Shown: piece after piece, positions 37,189 to 50,505 of the stretch
Numbering within the stretch: the first letter of the stretch is position 1
Layout: every line of letters begins with the position of its first letter
NCBI RefSeq assembly: GCF_018350175.1
Contig: NC_058368.1
Span: 188,668,001-188,732,000, forward strand
Reading direction: 5' to 3'
Length of the DNA: 64,000 bases
Source of the DNA: Felis catus
Lineage: Eukaryota
Notes under the pieces: model-generated
The model's input: only the letters and a program-made list of their open reading frames with translations
What the model was told of the DNA's origin: nothing
Databases searched by the model: none
Translations under genes and position numbers: made by a program

Positions 37189-39930
37189 CTTCATGGGGAG
37201 GGGAATCAAGCCAAAAAAAAAAAAACCCTGCATATTTTCAACGGGGGGGGGGGTGGGGGTCACATATGGTAAATGATGCAAACTTAATGAACCTGATTCT
37301 GGGGAAAAGAATGCCACTGGCGTTTCATCCGTGCAATATATACTCCACTTTCAGTGGGAACAGAGTGGTCTTTGCTGTGCTTTGGGGATTTTTATTTTTG
37401 AAGGTGAAGTGCTTCGTTTCAGTTCCAAACTTGCCTGCGAACCCTACTTTGGAAAGACTTAACTAGACAAGCTGGCAAATTATATAGCTTGATCCCACAC
37501 AATAACCTCCAAAATGGCACTCGGTAACTATACCATCCTGCTAACTGTTTGAGGCACAATAGTTTTGTAATATAATATAAAGTAATAGTGTTAGCCAACA
37601 CATCTTTAATAAGATATTGTTCGTGCCTTTGCCATATGCTACAGAGCAGCCTCTCACTCGGTGGGCCTTTTGATTCCTCTCAATAAGATTATTTCAAATA
37701 CTCTAATCCTGAATCATTGACATGAATACAAAAGCCTAGTGACATCTAATAGATGCCTCTTAGCTTTGCTTTTCCTCTTGTTCCTTTCCTTTTTCTTCTC
37801 TTTTTACCTGACAAAAAGCTTATAGACACTTGGGCTCTGTCTCTCAGTAGCAGCATGGGGGGCTCCTCATGAAGTATAAAGGAGGAAAAAGGACTGACAG
37901 AGGCCCGATAAGCTACAGAGTGAAGGACCATAGATTAAAAGTAAATGCCAGTAAATCCTACCCTGTACACTTACTTGTTCTTTTATTGTTTTCTTTAACA
38001 CTTTCAGTGCCAGGGCAGGGAAAAAAGAGAAAATAATAATCAAATTGCACATTGCATTTTTAACCGGGACGTGGTCACTGTACATCCTGTGTAGAGTTTT
38101 CTCAGATTTTGGTTCATGTAAAGTTTGTAGTGGTTAAAAAAAAATGCTTCTTGCTCATTTGCTGCTCTACTGACCAAATATTGATACTATGTGCGTGGGG
38201 AGGTGGGTGAGTAGATCAGAAGAGCCCTGCTACAGGGTGTGAACACTCATGACCTGGCATTTCAGGATTCAAAGAACTTTTTCTTGTCTTTCTTAATCAA
38301 TGAATTGGAAATTAGCAAAGGGAAATGTTGGGATGTTTTGCTCCATGGTATTACCTGCTTCGTTTTCTTATGGTCTCTGTCCCTGTTAGTGTCCTGAATA
38401 TGCTGCCTGAACGGGACAGTGCTCTCCACTCAGGCTGACAACTTTTTTGATGGTCAGATGTTGTTTTCTCCTCCATCTTTCCAGAGCAACCATGATTTGA
38501 CTAATGCTTTCCTCCCACCCCCACTTTATCTGAATATCAGGCAATCATGCTATTTGCAATTTATTTATTATTGTTCAATAGAACAATAATTTTCTATTTT
38601 TAACATGCTTCTCTTTTATTAGTATTCTGATCTGTTAGTAATGTCTTAAAACACCATTTTTAGTGTCTTGACTGCAATATGGGTTGATGTTTCCTAACAG
38701 AATGGAAAGTAAGTTTGAAGAACTTTGGCCCTGCATCAGGTTTAGTTACTCTCACACCTACTCTCTCTCTCTCTCTCTCTCTCTTTACAAAGACAAAATC
38801 AAAGATGTGTAAAATGAGAAATCTTTTTGCTATTTATTAGAAAGTTCTTTAGAAAAGATAGTTGGTTATCTTTGACACTATTATAAGCAGTATTGAAAAC
38901 CCATGATTCGCTATACAGTCTTGGTGTTTTCTTAAAGCCAGATGACAATCTCAGATGAATGCTGTACATCTCAAAATATCTTTAAAAAACAGAGTCCTTC
39001 TTTCTGTGGCTGTAGGAGTGGGGGTGTCCAATTCTGGATGTTCATATATTCTCTGAAAGACCGGCATCTGAATCCTGGCCTATGAACACCTTAACACAAT
39101 ACGAATAACATCTTTGACCATTATGAGTTATAGTCACTATATCTGAATGGTACTTGAAAGTTTCAGAGATCTTTATGGTATAATATTTCAGAGAATTCTT
39201 TTCATACAAATGTGAGGGTACCCATTAACTCCATTTTACAGTGGGTAATCTGAGGTGCATAGCTTAAGGAAATTAGTGAGAAAGCAAGTGATTAGAATCC
39301 CATCTCTTAGCTCTCAGCTTGATTTTTTTCCCCTTCCTCAATTGCCCGGTAAAACAAAACAAAACAAAACAAAACAAAAAACTGTTTTCAGTATTTCATG
39401 TAGTCTCACTTATGTTTCTTGGTATCCACAATTTACGTTTCCTATGTATTAATTTAAACCTTTGTATCTAAACAATATTTCTTAGTAGATCTGGCACTTA
39501 GCTTTTGGGATTAAAATAATAATAATATGACATATAAATTGTTGAATCTGTTGCTGGGCCAATATTTGAGTTCTCATGCCCTCATCTATTTTGATGAGTA
39601 AACCATTGCGTGTTTTATTGAGAACAAACAGACACTCATCCAAGAGAAATCTGGGACAAGGCAGAGTATGATGGAAAAGGCATAGATTTAGATTAGCTGA
39701 GGCTCAGATCCCCTCACTGCTACTTACCCATACCTGAGCCTCAGGGGGTTGTTTTCCCACCTTTAAAATGGGAAAAGTCATTTCAAGTTTGAAGACTTGT
39801 GAGGGTTAAAATATCTAGCACAGGGCTTGGCACATATTAGGTGCTTTGAAGTCAGGTAGCTCTTGAAATTTGAACATAATATATTCTGTGTGGATTGTTA
39901 TTCTTAATGTGATGGTTGCCATGAGACTTT

Positions 39931-40032
39931 TCAAAATTTTTATTTAAGTAATCTCTACACCCAAATGGGGCTCAAAGGCTACCCTCCGATCAAGAGTCAC
40001 ATGGTCTTCCGACTGAGCCAGACAGGCACCCC
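39931..40032 (-). mobile_element. Short tRNA-Lys-like old carnivore SINE (SINEC_old-like)
   Basis: Minus strand GGGGTGCCTGTCTGGCTCAGTCGGAAGACCATGTGACTCTTGATC...GAGATTACTTAAATAAAA. Degenerate TSD CCATG(A/G)GACTTT at 39919-39930 and 40034-40045. Confidence 0.8.
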
Positions 40033-40449
40033 ACCATGGGACTTTCTTACAAGCAGAATTACCTTACTGAAGCTTATCGTGGTAACTAAGTCCCCTTGGA
40101 TGAGGACTCATTCATTTTTTTTCTTTCCACAAATATTTATTGAGCCTCTACTCTCCGCCAGTCACTGCTTTTCAGGGTTGGGGCTCTACGGAGAAGACAC
40201 ATGTTGTTCCTGCCCTCATGGAGCTCTCAGCACCTCAGAGTTGGGAAAAAAAAAAAAACCCAGTGATTTGGAATGTGAAGTGTAAACAAAGAATTTATTG
40301 ATTTTTTTTAAAATAGAAGACTGCTATTTTAGATGAGGATTATGATGCAGAGAAAAAATATCCCTGGGTGGAAGTTGCCTTTTACCTTTTACTCAGTGCT
40401 GTTGAACTTGGGGCTTTGTTGCCGTCTCCAGAACAGTCTACACATTGGT

Positions 40450-40670
40450 TGTGGTGTCAGACCACCTTGGATCAAATCTCAGCCCTGCCAGTGTTAACCT
40501 TGGGGCTGCCGGCGGATCGTTTAACTTTCCTAAGCCTCGGTTTCTTCATCCGTAAGACCGGAATAAGGGGACCCACTAGTTCCTTCTTTATAGGGTTGTG
40601 GTGAGGACTAAGTAGATAATACGTGGAGAGTACTTAGCACAATACCTGGCACATAAATCATATTCAATAG
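40450..40670 (+). mobile_element. MIR
   Basis: GCCTCGGTTTCTTCATCCGTAAG..ATAGGGTTGTGGTGAGGACTAA..CTTAGCACAATACCTGGCACATA. Confidence 0.75.
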
Positions 40671-43014
40671 AGGATGGATGTTATTTTTAAAATAAGGGCT
40701 GGAATGAAGAGATCTCTAAGATTTTTTCCAGCTATGAAATTCTGATTTTAGTTCCCTCTGGTATTGCTGAGGCAGGTGAACTCTTTAGGAGGTAGACTGT
40801 AAGCCCCAGAGGGCAGTGATACCCATGTGTTGGTCTCTGCTGTATCCCCAGCACTCAGCTCAGTGCCTCACTGCTGTGCACTAAGTGCTTGGGGTATGTT
40901 TTTATGAAGTGAAGAAAAGGATGAAAGGAGCTAGAAAGGCAGTTGTTGAAGCTGGTGGTCTCATCTCTCTGCATAAAGACAGGCTTGTTATAACTACACA
41001 ATAAAGTGAAAATGCACTGCCATGAAAGAATGATGAGAAACAGAAAATGTAAGATAAAATATTAAATTTGTTACACTTAAAAATGTTAATCTTCACACGA
41101 TTACCATGCAAATCCCCTCATTGCCTAACTATTTAATTGATGAAGTAAATCACAGAGCAGACATGTAAGTGAAAAACCCTGCTGTTGACATTCTCACAAA
41201 GCACATTTTCAAGAATATATTCTGTTAACTACTATGTCTGTTACACATGATAACGTGCATTTAAAACACACACACGGAGCATCTTTTGCAAACAAGGGGA
41301 TTTCAGAGAGTTTGGGGGGAAAGCTTTATTTTTGTATGTCAACTTTTGTTGTTCCCATTATTATATAAAATGTGAAATCAGCATTAGGGTAACATGTTTC
41401 AGCAGTATCTTTGTTTTATATAATGTTAGAAGACTTAAGAATTCACCGTTTTTTTTTCAGGCAGGTATAATTGACATGTTAGTCCAGTGACTGAAGGGTT
41501 AATGAATTCTCTCCCCTCCCCCCCCTTCCCCTCTCTCCCTCCTCCAACCCCCTTGTCCCCCACCTCAATCCCATCATGTGCCTGGTTGACTCTGAAAGAA
41601 GGGGCTTGAAGTTGCCCACAGGGCATCCCTTTTCCCAGCCTTCTCCAAGGCCACCTGGGCAGACGGGAGCTTGCCTCCTGTCCTTAGGACACAAAATCCA
41701 ATCAGGCAGCACGTCTGCTGGTCTCTCTGACCTGCTAGCTGGGAAGAGGGAAGAGAAGCAGAGGCCACTCACATTTGATAGGCTGCATCGTTGTGGCTTT
41801 AGGGGGCTCCTGCATCTACTGGAGAAAGGAAGTTCTCCCCTATTTTCAAGATAAGGTACCATTCATGAGAGCACTGTGCTGAACTAATCAGGTTAATTGA
41901 GAGACCCCCAGTGGTCCTCATTGAGCCCATCTCTCCTTCCTGGTAGAGGCAGATAGTGCAGACAGATTACTCGTATTTTAGTTTTCCCCCCAAAGCCCAT
42001 GAAATCTGCAGGCGTGCAGGGACTGTGGGTTCAGCTGGATGTCATTCAGGCTATGTGAGCATGGGCTCTTCTTGAACAGCATAGCATTAAACAGAACAAA
42101 ATGAAAACAAAAAACAAGCTCTCCTCGAGATTGAGAGGAATGCCTTGAAATGTCTGATTTCTTCTTGTTCTTCTTTTTTAATGTCGAAACAATCTCAGAT
42201 CAATCTGGGTGACTTTTGAAGAATCCAGATGGATTCCTCTCTGGCTATCTTATTTAGGGTTGAAACTTAAAAAAAAAATCTCATCATGATGTGTCATCAG
42301 TGATAGGGAGTTTCTTGGGGTGTGTTTCGATTCTTGTATCCAAGCTGGACACTGGGGGCTGTGGCCCTGACTAATGGCATCTCGGGCCTCCCCTTGGAGC
42401 AGCCCAGTGGAGAAGAAAATAGAGCCAATTCAAGTGAATTCTGTGAAGGGCGGGGGTTCCTTCTCTCTCTTCCCCACTCCGAATGATTTGTCATAGTTTA
42501 ATTTTAAACACTATCATTGACTATTCTTTCTTTTGACCCACCTCGGCCAACCCCCCCCCCCTTTTTTTCATGGAAGTTCCAGGAATGACTTTAATTATCT
42601 CCACAATCAAATTCTCATTGCTGCCTCTGTGAAAGTGTGTAGTCATAGATTGCAGGGATTATTTTCTTTAGCACTTGGGGATAGAGAAACCGGTTGTTTC
42701 AAAATGAGAACCAGCTGGTTCCACAGAGCCCTTATTTAATGGGGAGCCACTTTGTACACAAACCTTCACTCAGGTCGGTCATTACGCCAAGCCCCAAATC
42801 AGCAATGTTTGGTCTATCACCCTTTATTAAATGTCGAGTGAGGAGTGATTTTGCCGATATGATAATAATAATAATAATTAAAAAAAACAACACACCCTGC
42901 ATCTTTAATTTTGCCTCTGCTGAACACTTGGAATTAGAAAAAGCATATCTCAAACTTCTTCCTATGGTAATTATATTGTAGATCGAGTTTACCACTGAGC
43001 TCTCATAGATGGCT

Positions 43015-43015
<1 letters not shown>

Positions 43016-43054
<39 letters not shown>
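43016..43054. repeat. (GT)n microsatellite
   Basis: Direct reading. Confidence 0.95.
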
Positions 43055-43055
<1 letters not shown>

Positions 43056-46000
43056 CTCTAACCCTCTCTAAATCTAGAAAATAAAATTAAGCTCATCTTT
43101 CAACATAATCTTTTATCTGACAAGCACAGTAGATAGATGAAAGGTAGATAGCCAAGTTGTGGGTCCCATTAATAGAACCAATTGGAGGGCAGAGATAACC
43201 ACTATTATCAAACATCTTTTATGCCATCCTGTAAAATAAGAATGAGAGTGATATACTATATATATTTTGCTGTCTTTCTAGCTTGTAGAAATTGGTTTGT
43301 TGTCATACCATGTTAATCTCTAGCAGCACCAAATTCAATTTGAAATGAGGAAAGTACTTTCACTAGTTGACTGTACAAAACACTTTTGAAGCATGCAAAG
43401 AACGAGAAAAGCATAAAAGACATAAAATCACAGTAGATATCCACTTATGAGAATGATTTGTTTTTAGACTGGGGTTGCATTTTTATAAGATAAACTAATT
43501 TGAGGGCTGCAACATTTCTTAAATCAGGGTTTGAAGGATTAAAAAAAAGAGCAGCTTCGTAAAGATTTTTAAAAATCTACTTTAACAAAATTTTGTCTTA
43601 CAAATGTGAGAGATTATTTTGTATTATTAATAAAAATACCTGGCTAATTAAAACTATTTCTTACATTGACATCAGCACAACAAAATTGTTTGAAGAAATG
43701 GGAAATATTTAGATATTTATTCTCACAGGGAGTGTGATCAGTAAGCTAAGCCCCGGCAAATATGCTTTTACTTGTTTTATTTTTAGAATTTCTGTATTGA
43801 AACACGGTTTGGGTAAAATCCTATCTAACGATTTTTTGTTTATTTGTTTACCAAGTACTCTGATTATGTAATGTCTCTTTAGTTCAAACTGTAATTCTAT
43901 TGTATATTTGCTATATCTGTATTTAAGGAAAATTCTGTGGGTTTTTTAATATAAAAAACAAATAACTGTTATATTTCCAGTCACTCAAATTTGAACCGAA
44001 TTTTACTTCCTGTTTCAAAGGTCAAGGCAGGCTGACCTCAACAGCAGTGTGGAGGCTGCTGAATTATTCATATCATTGACTTTGTGTCAGCTTCCACATT
44101 TGTGGAGAGGGATGTTTTATTCATTTATCTCATTTAGGGTTCTTCTCTGCACCTGTTTCTACCATTAAGTACCCTGTAATTTGCATTTGATGCTAATTTA
44201 GTTTCATATCAGCCTGGTCCCCCCTTGTTAATTTAATTTTCTAAGACCCTTTTCATTACAGTAGAACTGTTTTCCTCTTTAAAGCAAACATCTATACAAG
44301 TAATTGTATAAACTGCCTTTTAAATAATATCTTTTAGAAGATTCCATCGTTTAATTCCTTAATTCCTATAATTAGCCACGGTTTGATTAATGTTTCAAAG
44401 GGTTAAATTAAAATGCAGAATTGCTCAAATGCATACTTGAATAATTTCTTATATACAGCAGTGTTAGCATTTTGGTACTCTTCCTGATAATTCTCAGAAC
44501 AGTATGTCTTAACAGCAGTAATTTTCTTTATTTAGAGTGCAGTTTAGTTTACTAATAGTAGTTTCTTTCAAATCATGGTGCTTTCAACATTACTTGTGAG
44601 ACGTTAGATTTTTCTTTCATCAAATTGCTGATAGACAGTGGCTTAAAAATGTTTCTGCAACATTAATCATGACGTACCCAAGATAATAAGGGCAGAATTA
44701 GGCCTGATTCTTTGATGTATCATGGAAGTTTGGTATTCTGAATATCAGGAAACCGTGTCACATTATATGTCTTTGTATTTCTGTCTGCTGCTCCGAGTAG
44801 ACTGCCTGGGTATTCCTCAGTTTCCCACACATAGTGGTTGTAGCAAGCTTTTGTTTGTATACCTATGAGTACTTGCTGGGCTTCAGTTACCACAGAGATT
44901 TTGCAGAAATTAGGAGTAAAGTTGTGTGAGGAGGTCCGACTGAAATGGGGGCTTACCCTGGTAGGAGTAGCTGTGCCCTTAGACTGTTCCCTGGGGATTA
45001 GGAGGTCATGAGAACTAGCAACTCCTATAAACCAGGTATGCAGCCTCCTGATTGTGGGGGAAAGAACTCTCCCTCAGTGCTTTCCTTGTAATCATTTGGA
45101 AGGTTTTTGACACAAACAGGTCAGTATTTCTTACAGGCTCCCTTAGAGGTGGGGATTTAAAACAGGGGTATGGATTATGAATTCAAGTTCTACGGTACAT
45201 GGAAATGACGGAAAAGGGAAGGTTGTGGCAGTGACTGAATGTTACTAAGAGGTTAGTCCAAGCTCTACAGTGACCCTTCTTTCCCTGGGTTGGATGAGTT
45301 TTATCTGTTGCTCACGTTCTCTGGGGATACCAAATGGTGCAGTCGCTTTAGGTTTCCAGAAGGATTTCAGGCCTATTGAAACTGGAATTTGAAGGTGGCT
45401 TCTCTTGTTCTTGCAGTTATAAATGATTCCGGGGGCCTCCCACAAACAACTTTTCAATTGTGGAAAAGTGAAAGGGAATCTCGATTTTCTAGCAGACAGC
45501 TTCATCTGTCTGGTTTCGAGACAGGGCTGTGGGTGGACTGCGAACTTCCCACACGCCCCCTTTAGCAGGGGACTTCTCTGGTATGCCCCATCACAGTGAA
45601 TTTTTCACATCCCATGGTTTATTAAGCTAGCTTTGTGCTTCTGCTGGTGGGTCTAAAACAACATGAGAGTTTTCAGTGGGATCTTTATTCATTAACAGAA
45701 CATTTGCTTACTGACCCTCTCTTCTCCCCACTTAGATACTCTTTGTAGCTTGGGCAAGTCTGAGTTCCACCAGAAAAGTCTCCCTGGGGTTTGAGTAAAC
45801 AGCCGTATTTAAAAACAATAAGGAATATTTGCAGAGCTTTTAAGAATTCAGCTTTTAAGAATGCAGGTAAAGTTTTTCTACCCAAAGCTAGCTGGTGCTT
45901 AGAATTCTCCTGTTAGAGTCTCATTCCTTTAACTAAGAGCCTTTGATCTTTTCTAAAGACATACATAACTTTGGGAAGGCTAACACTTTAATTCTATCAC

Positions 46001-48179
46001 TCATCTACCTCTTTGAGGGAATGAAATAAAGATTTTACAGTGTTCAGCTCTTTTGGCATGTAGAGAGCTCTTTGACCTACATTGCTTTAGTTTCCATGAC
46101 AGCAACACTGTGAGATAGGTAGGGGTTTTTGCACCCATTTCACAGATACGGAGAATGTAAAGTTTAGCTTCATAAAAGTAATAACCTGGCCAGGTCTCAA
46201 GGGAAGGTTTTCAGAAGAATCTAAGTTCTTGTAGGAATGACCAAGTTTCCCTTTGAACTGAAGAGACTCTCAGAGATTACAGTCTAGTCCCTTCATTTTA
46301 CAGATGAGAAAGGTGAAGCCAGTAACATTGCCCAAAGATCTAATTAGCCTCAGAACCAGGACTTTAAGCCAAGTCCCTGGCTCTGATTCCAGTGGCTTTT
46401 CTGCTACTACTCTGGCCATCTGGGTCTTGCTTTGCTCTTCATTTCACCTTGTGTGAGATCAGCCTCAGGGAAGGGTAGAACTTGTGTTTTCTGGATTTGG
46501 GTCTAGGGAAACCCGTGAGCTCTGTATCTCCAACAACACCCAGAATGGTACACCGAACATACAAGGAGCATGTGTTAAATGGCTTCTAAGAAATTAGAAC
46601 AGTTCTGGGGAATGGGAAGCTACAGAATATCGCGTTCATAAAATATTACTTTATTTTTTGAAGCTTACGTATTTCATTCATTTGCAACTGTGCTTATTTA
46701 TGCTATGTCATAACATTGCACAAAATTGCAATTGTTGTTTATATTTGTCAGAATATTTCATCAATAGTCATATTTCAGTAGGAATTTTATAAAAGTTCTT
46801 CTATTCTAGACATCTCATCATGAGTGGTTGTCTCTGACTATTATCTATCCCTGAAAGGCACTGACATATGTAAATATTGAACTTGGCAATTTTCAAAATA
46901 AGTCCTAAATTTAACAATTGTCTTATATTTAAACCTAAACAAATTCAACAAACTGTCCTTTCCAGAAATAATAATAAAGGAAATGAGGTATTGTTGTAAG
47001 ATCAAATTCTGAAGAAATCGTAGTGGAAGGGGGGGAAAAGTACATCGAACTTCCCTCTACTCAGAACTGCCTTTGTGTCACATGTTGCCTGAGAAGGTTT
47101 GTCATACCTTTTGAATTGCCAAGGACGGGCAGAAGTCATGGGCATGGTGCTGAGAGAAATTAGTAGTCCCTGGCATAGTCTCTAGTGAACTGAAGGAATG
47201 TGATTCCGATAGGCAAAGGAGCATTCACAAAGGATGCTGGAGTGGATAATCAGCAGCTTCCATACTTTTTCAGGTTGTGGGAGAAAGGAGGAAGCAACAC
47301 ATACCTCAGCCTCTGGGTTATATGCTTATCTGGCCTGCCTAAAACGATTGGGCTGGCTTGGAGATATTTTAGTTTTCCATCTTCGTTCAAATATGTAACT
47401 GACTATCACTTAGCTAAGGGCTGTGTCTTTTTCTCCTGTGTCCACTATTTGGTAATTGAGGGCAAATGCCTAGTTTAAAAAAGATGAAATTTTAACTTTA
47501 TATCTTCTCTCCTTCTCTTTTTCTCTTCGACCATTATCACAAACCATTCGACAAGCCAAACTCCCCTGTGCTCCAAATGTTTGGAGGTTGGAACCCAGCA
47601 AGAATAATTCTGCTAAACTTATAAAAATTGTTTCATGATGGGGTATTCTCTTGTTTGGGAGCCATTGTTTTCATTCACAGAGATGACAGAGACAAGCATC
47701 CATTGATTTCCTTGACCTCAAATAGGGTAGATGAACCGGCATGTTATTTATTCACTAGATATTTGGGAAGCATATACTATGTGACATAAAATGTAGCCCC
47801 TCAATCTGAGTGGGGACTACCCTAGAGGTATTGTGTGGCATTTTCAGGTCCTTCACTCATTAAGGAAAGAATATTTGGTATGGGATCCCCTTTTCTTTTC
47901 CAAATCACCACCAATTCCATTGAGTCACATCTTTCTCCCATATCACCTGGTTCCCTCCCTCCTTTTAATGAAGTAACTCATTATGCATCAGATTCAGCTT
48001 AGGTTAATGTCCTACTATGCTAATTTTTAATCTTCAAGATATTATTACCTCCATTACAAACCCCAATTCGAGAATATCCTCCTGTTAAGGAGTGAGCATG
48101 CTTTGGTTCTATTCTAGGTCTGATAAGTTAAATCGCTTGAGCTGAAGTTGGATTTTTCATTTATAATGAAAATGAGAAG

Positions 48180-48345
48180 CAACCTGGTATAGAATGCTGA
48201 ACTAGGACACAGGAGACCTGGTTTTTAATACCGCCCCTGCCATTATTTAGATACGTGAGCCTCGGCAAGTCTCTTAACTTGTCTAGGTTTCAGTTTCCCC
48301 ATTTATAAAATGATAGAATTGGACGCTTAGGATCTTTAAGGTTCC
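48180..48345 (+). mobile_element. MIR fragment
   Basis: GGCAAGTCTCTTAACTT..TTTCAGTTTCCCCATTTATAAAATG. Confidence 0.65.
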
Positions 48346-50264
48346 CTCTCTCTCAATGATTTTAATGCTCCATACTCCTATAAATCTAGTCACCTCTTAT
48401 ATCTAACATCGGACAGTAGCCTGTTCTTAAACATTTGCTTGGGTAGCAGGTGTACTATCCAGTAAATAGCAACCTCACAGTTAGAATTGAACAACCAGCA
48501 ATATTCTCACCCACCTTTCACTCTTCTTCATTACTTCATCCCAGGTATCAGCTAGGTAATAAGAGGGCAAGGACCACATCCATTGCTGAGATCCACCTTA
48601 AGGTAGAGGGCAATTGGAGGAGGCCATTAGATGATGTACCTTACAAGACTAATTGAGTTGGTATATTTAAATTTATTGGCAGCATAACTTGGGCAAGATG
48701 GGAAAGGGAGCTACCAAGGAAAATTGTAGGCTTATAAAATATGAGGCAGTGGACAGGCACATTTATCTATATGAGACAGTAACCCCAAAAGGCCATCAGC
48801 AGAGACTATCTCTCTGACACCCCAGTGCATCTAACCAGATTTTCTGGCTTAGCCTATTCCAGAAGGAGCAGCCCAACTGTTGATATTTGAAAATATACAC
48901 TGAGTTGCACATAGCACATTTATTAAATAATTGATAATTTACTTTATATCTGTATTTTTGGTGGTGGATAATTCCCTTTAAGACCAAATAGTTGAGTATC
49001 TTTAGAATAAAGCTATGAGATTATATGCTTTGCTAGAATACTGGGCTTGTGCTTGTGTGTTAGAATACAGTGTATATCCCTAAGGCTTAAAGAAATTAGA
49101 ATCTCACAAAATCTCAAAAACATTTTTTTCTTTTGTTAATGTGCAGAGATAAGAGACTGAGAAACAAAACTTAGTCCAGGATTCTATGTATGTAGAATAT
49201 GTACATATATATCTACATATGCATATATTAAAATTTGAAATTCTTGAACCCTTACATTCAAACATTATAATATCTTGACAGATTACCAAGGAAACAAACT
49301 TGTGTGTCCCATAGATAATGACTTTCTGAGAATTCCAGGTACAGAATAGGCCCTCTCAGGATTTCCTGTTTTTCGTTTTCTTTCCTTCATTTCTTATTTT
49401 ATGTCCAATAAACCTTTACTTTAAGCAGGATCAAGTGTTAAGACAAACCAACTACAGAGCTAATGTATTGAACATTAATTCTATAGTAATGCCCTATAAA
49501 AACCAAAAGAAATAAGACTATTAAAAGAAATCCATATGTCTCTGGAATTTTTATTTAAGTTTATATTAGCGATAATGACCTTGGTTCCAGGGAATTTGGT
49601 AACGATTAATGACCAGCAAGGGGTCATTGGCCCCATGGTGCTTTGGGCCACCAATCCCTTACAACATGGACCAGAACTGGTCATTTATCCCAAAGAAGTG
49701 CCCTGAGGTGAGGGTCTTATCCTTCTGCCATCTGATTATAATTTAACCTCAGCTTTTAAAGGGCCCTTAGGAGCAAAGACACAATGGGTCGTGCTTTCAG
49801 TATTTCAAAGAGTTTACTTTTGCCATTCAATTCATAACCGAGTATCATTGAACAGAGTTGTCAAAATAAAGTTGATAATTATGTTCCTTTCATTCTAGGG
49901 TGTGTGTACTGATTTTCTATCCACATATCTGCTGGCTTGTATTGGTGTAGTATGCATCCATGTATATGTGTCTGGTGTGTGTGTGAAAGAGAGAGAGAGA
50001 GAGAGATGTTAAAACTCTCCATGCAGTGTAAACTGAATAAAATATAATTTGGATTATAGAAACTTCAGTCATATCAGTCTTATTTACAGTTTGGCAAGGA
50101 CATAGTTCTGTAATATGCAATATGTACGATATGTAAAATTCTCAGCTGGAGGCTAAGTAAAACTAGTCTTTTCCTGGAGTGCACATGACTGGTGGCATGG
50201 TGACTGGCATTGACTTTTACATGTTCCTTGTGCTATTGTTGTAATTGCTTTTGGTGATGATGAT

Positions 50265-50505
50265 AATAATAACTAACATTTATTAAGCTGTATATATTTG
50301 CTAAATAGTCTCTCTTTAATCCCTAACAATTACTCTGTGTGGGGAGTATTCTTATTTCCTCCCATTTTATAGATGAGGAAACAGGGACTCTGAGAGGTTG
50401 AATAACTTACCCAAGGTCACCACAGCTATTAAGTGTGGGAGCTGGGACGCCAGCCCTGCTGTGTCGGACCCCAAAGATCAGGGTCTTAATCATGACACCA
50501 TTCTG
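50265..50505 (-). mobile_element. MIR, near full length
   Basis: AATAACTAACATTTATTAAG..CCCATTTTATAGATGAGGAAACAGGG..GAGAGGTTGAATAACTTACCCAAGGTCAC. Confidence 0.8.
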
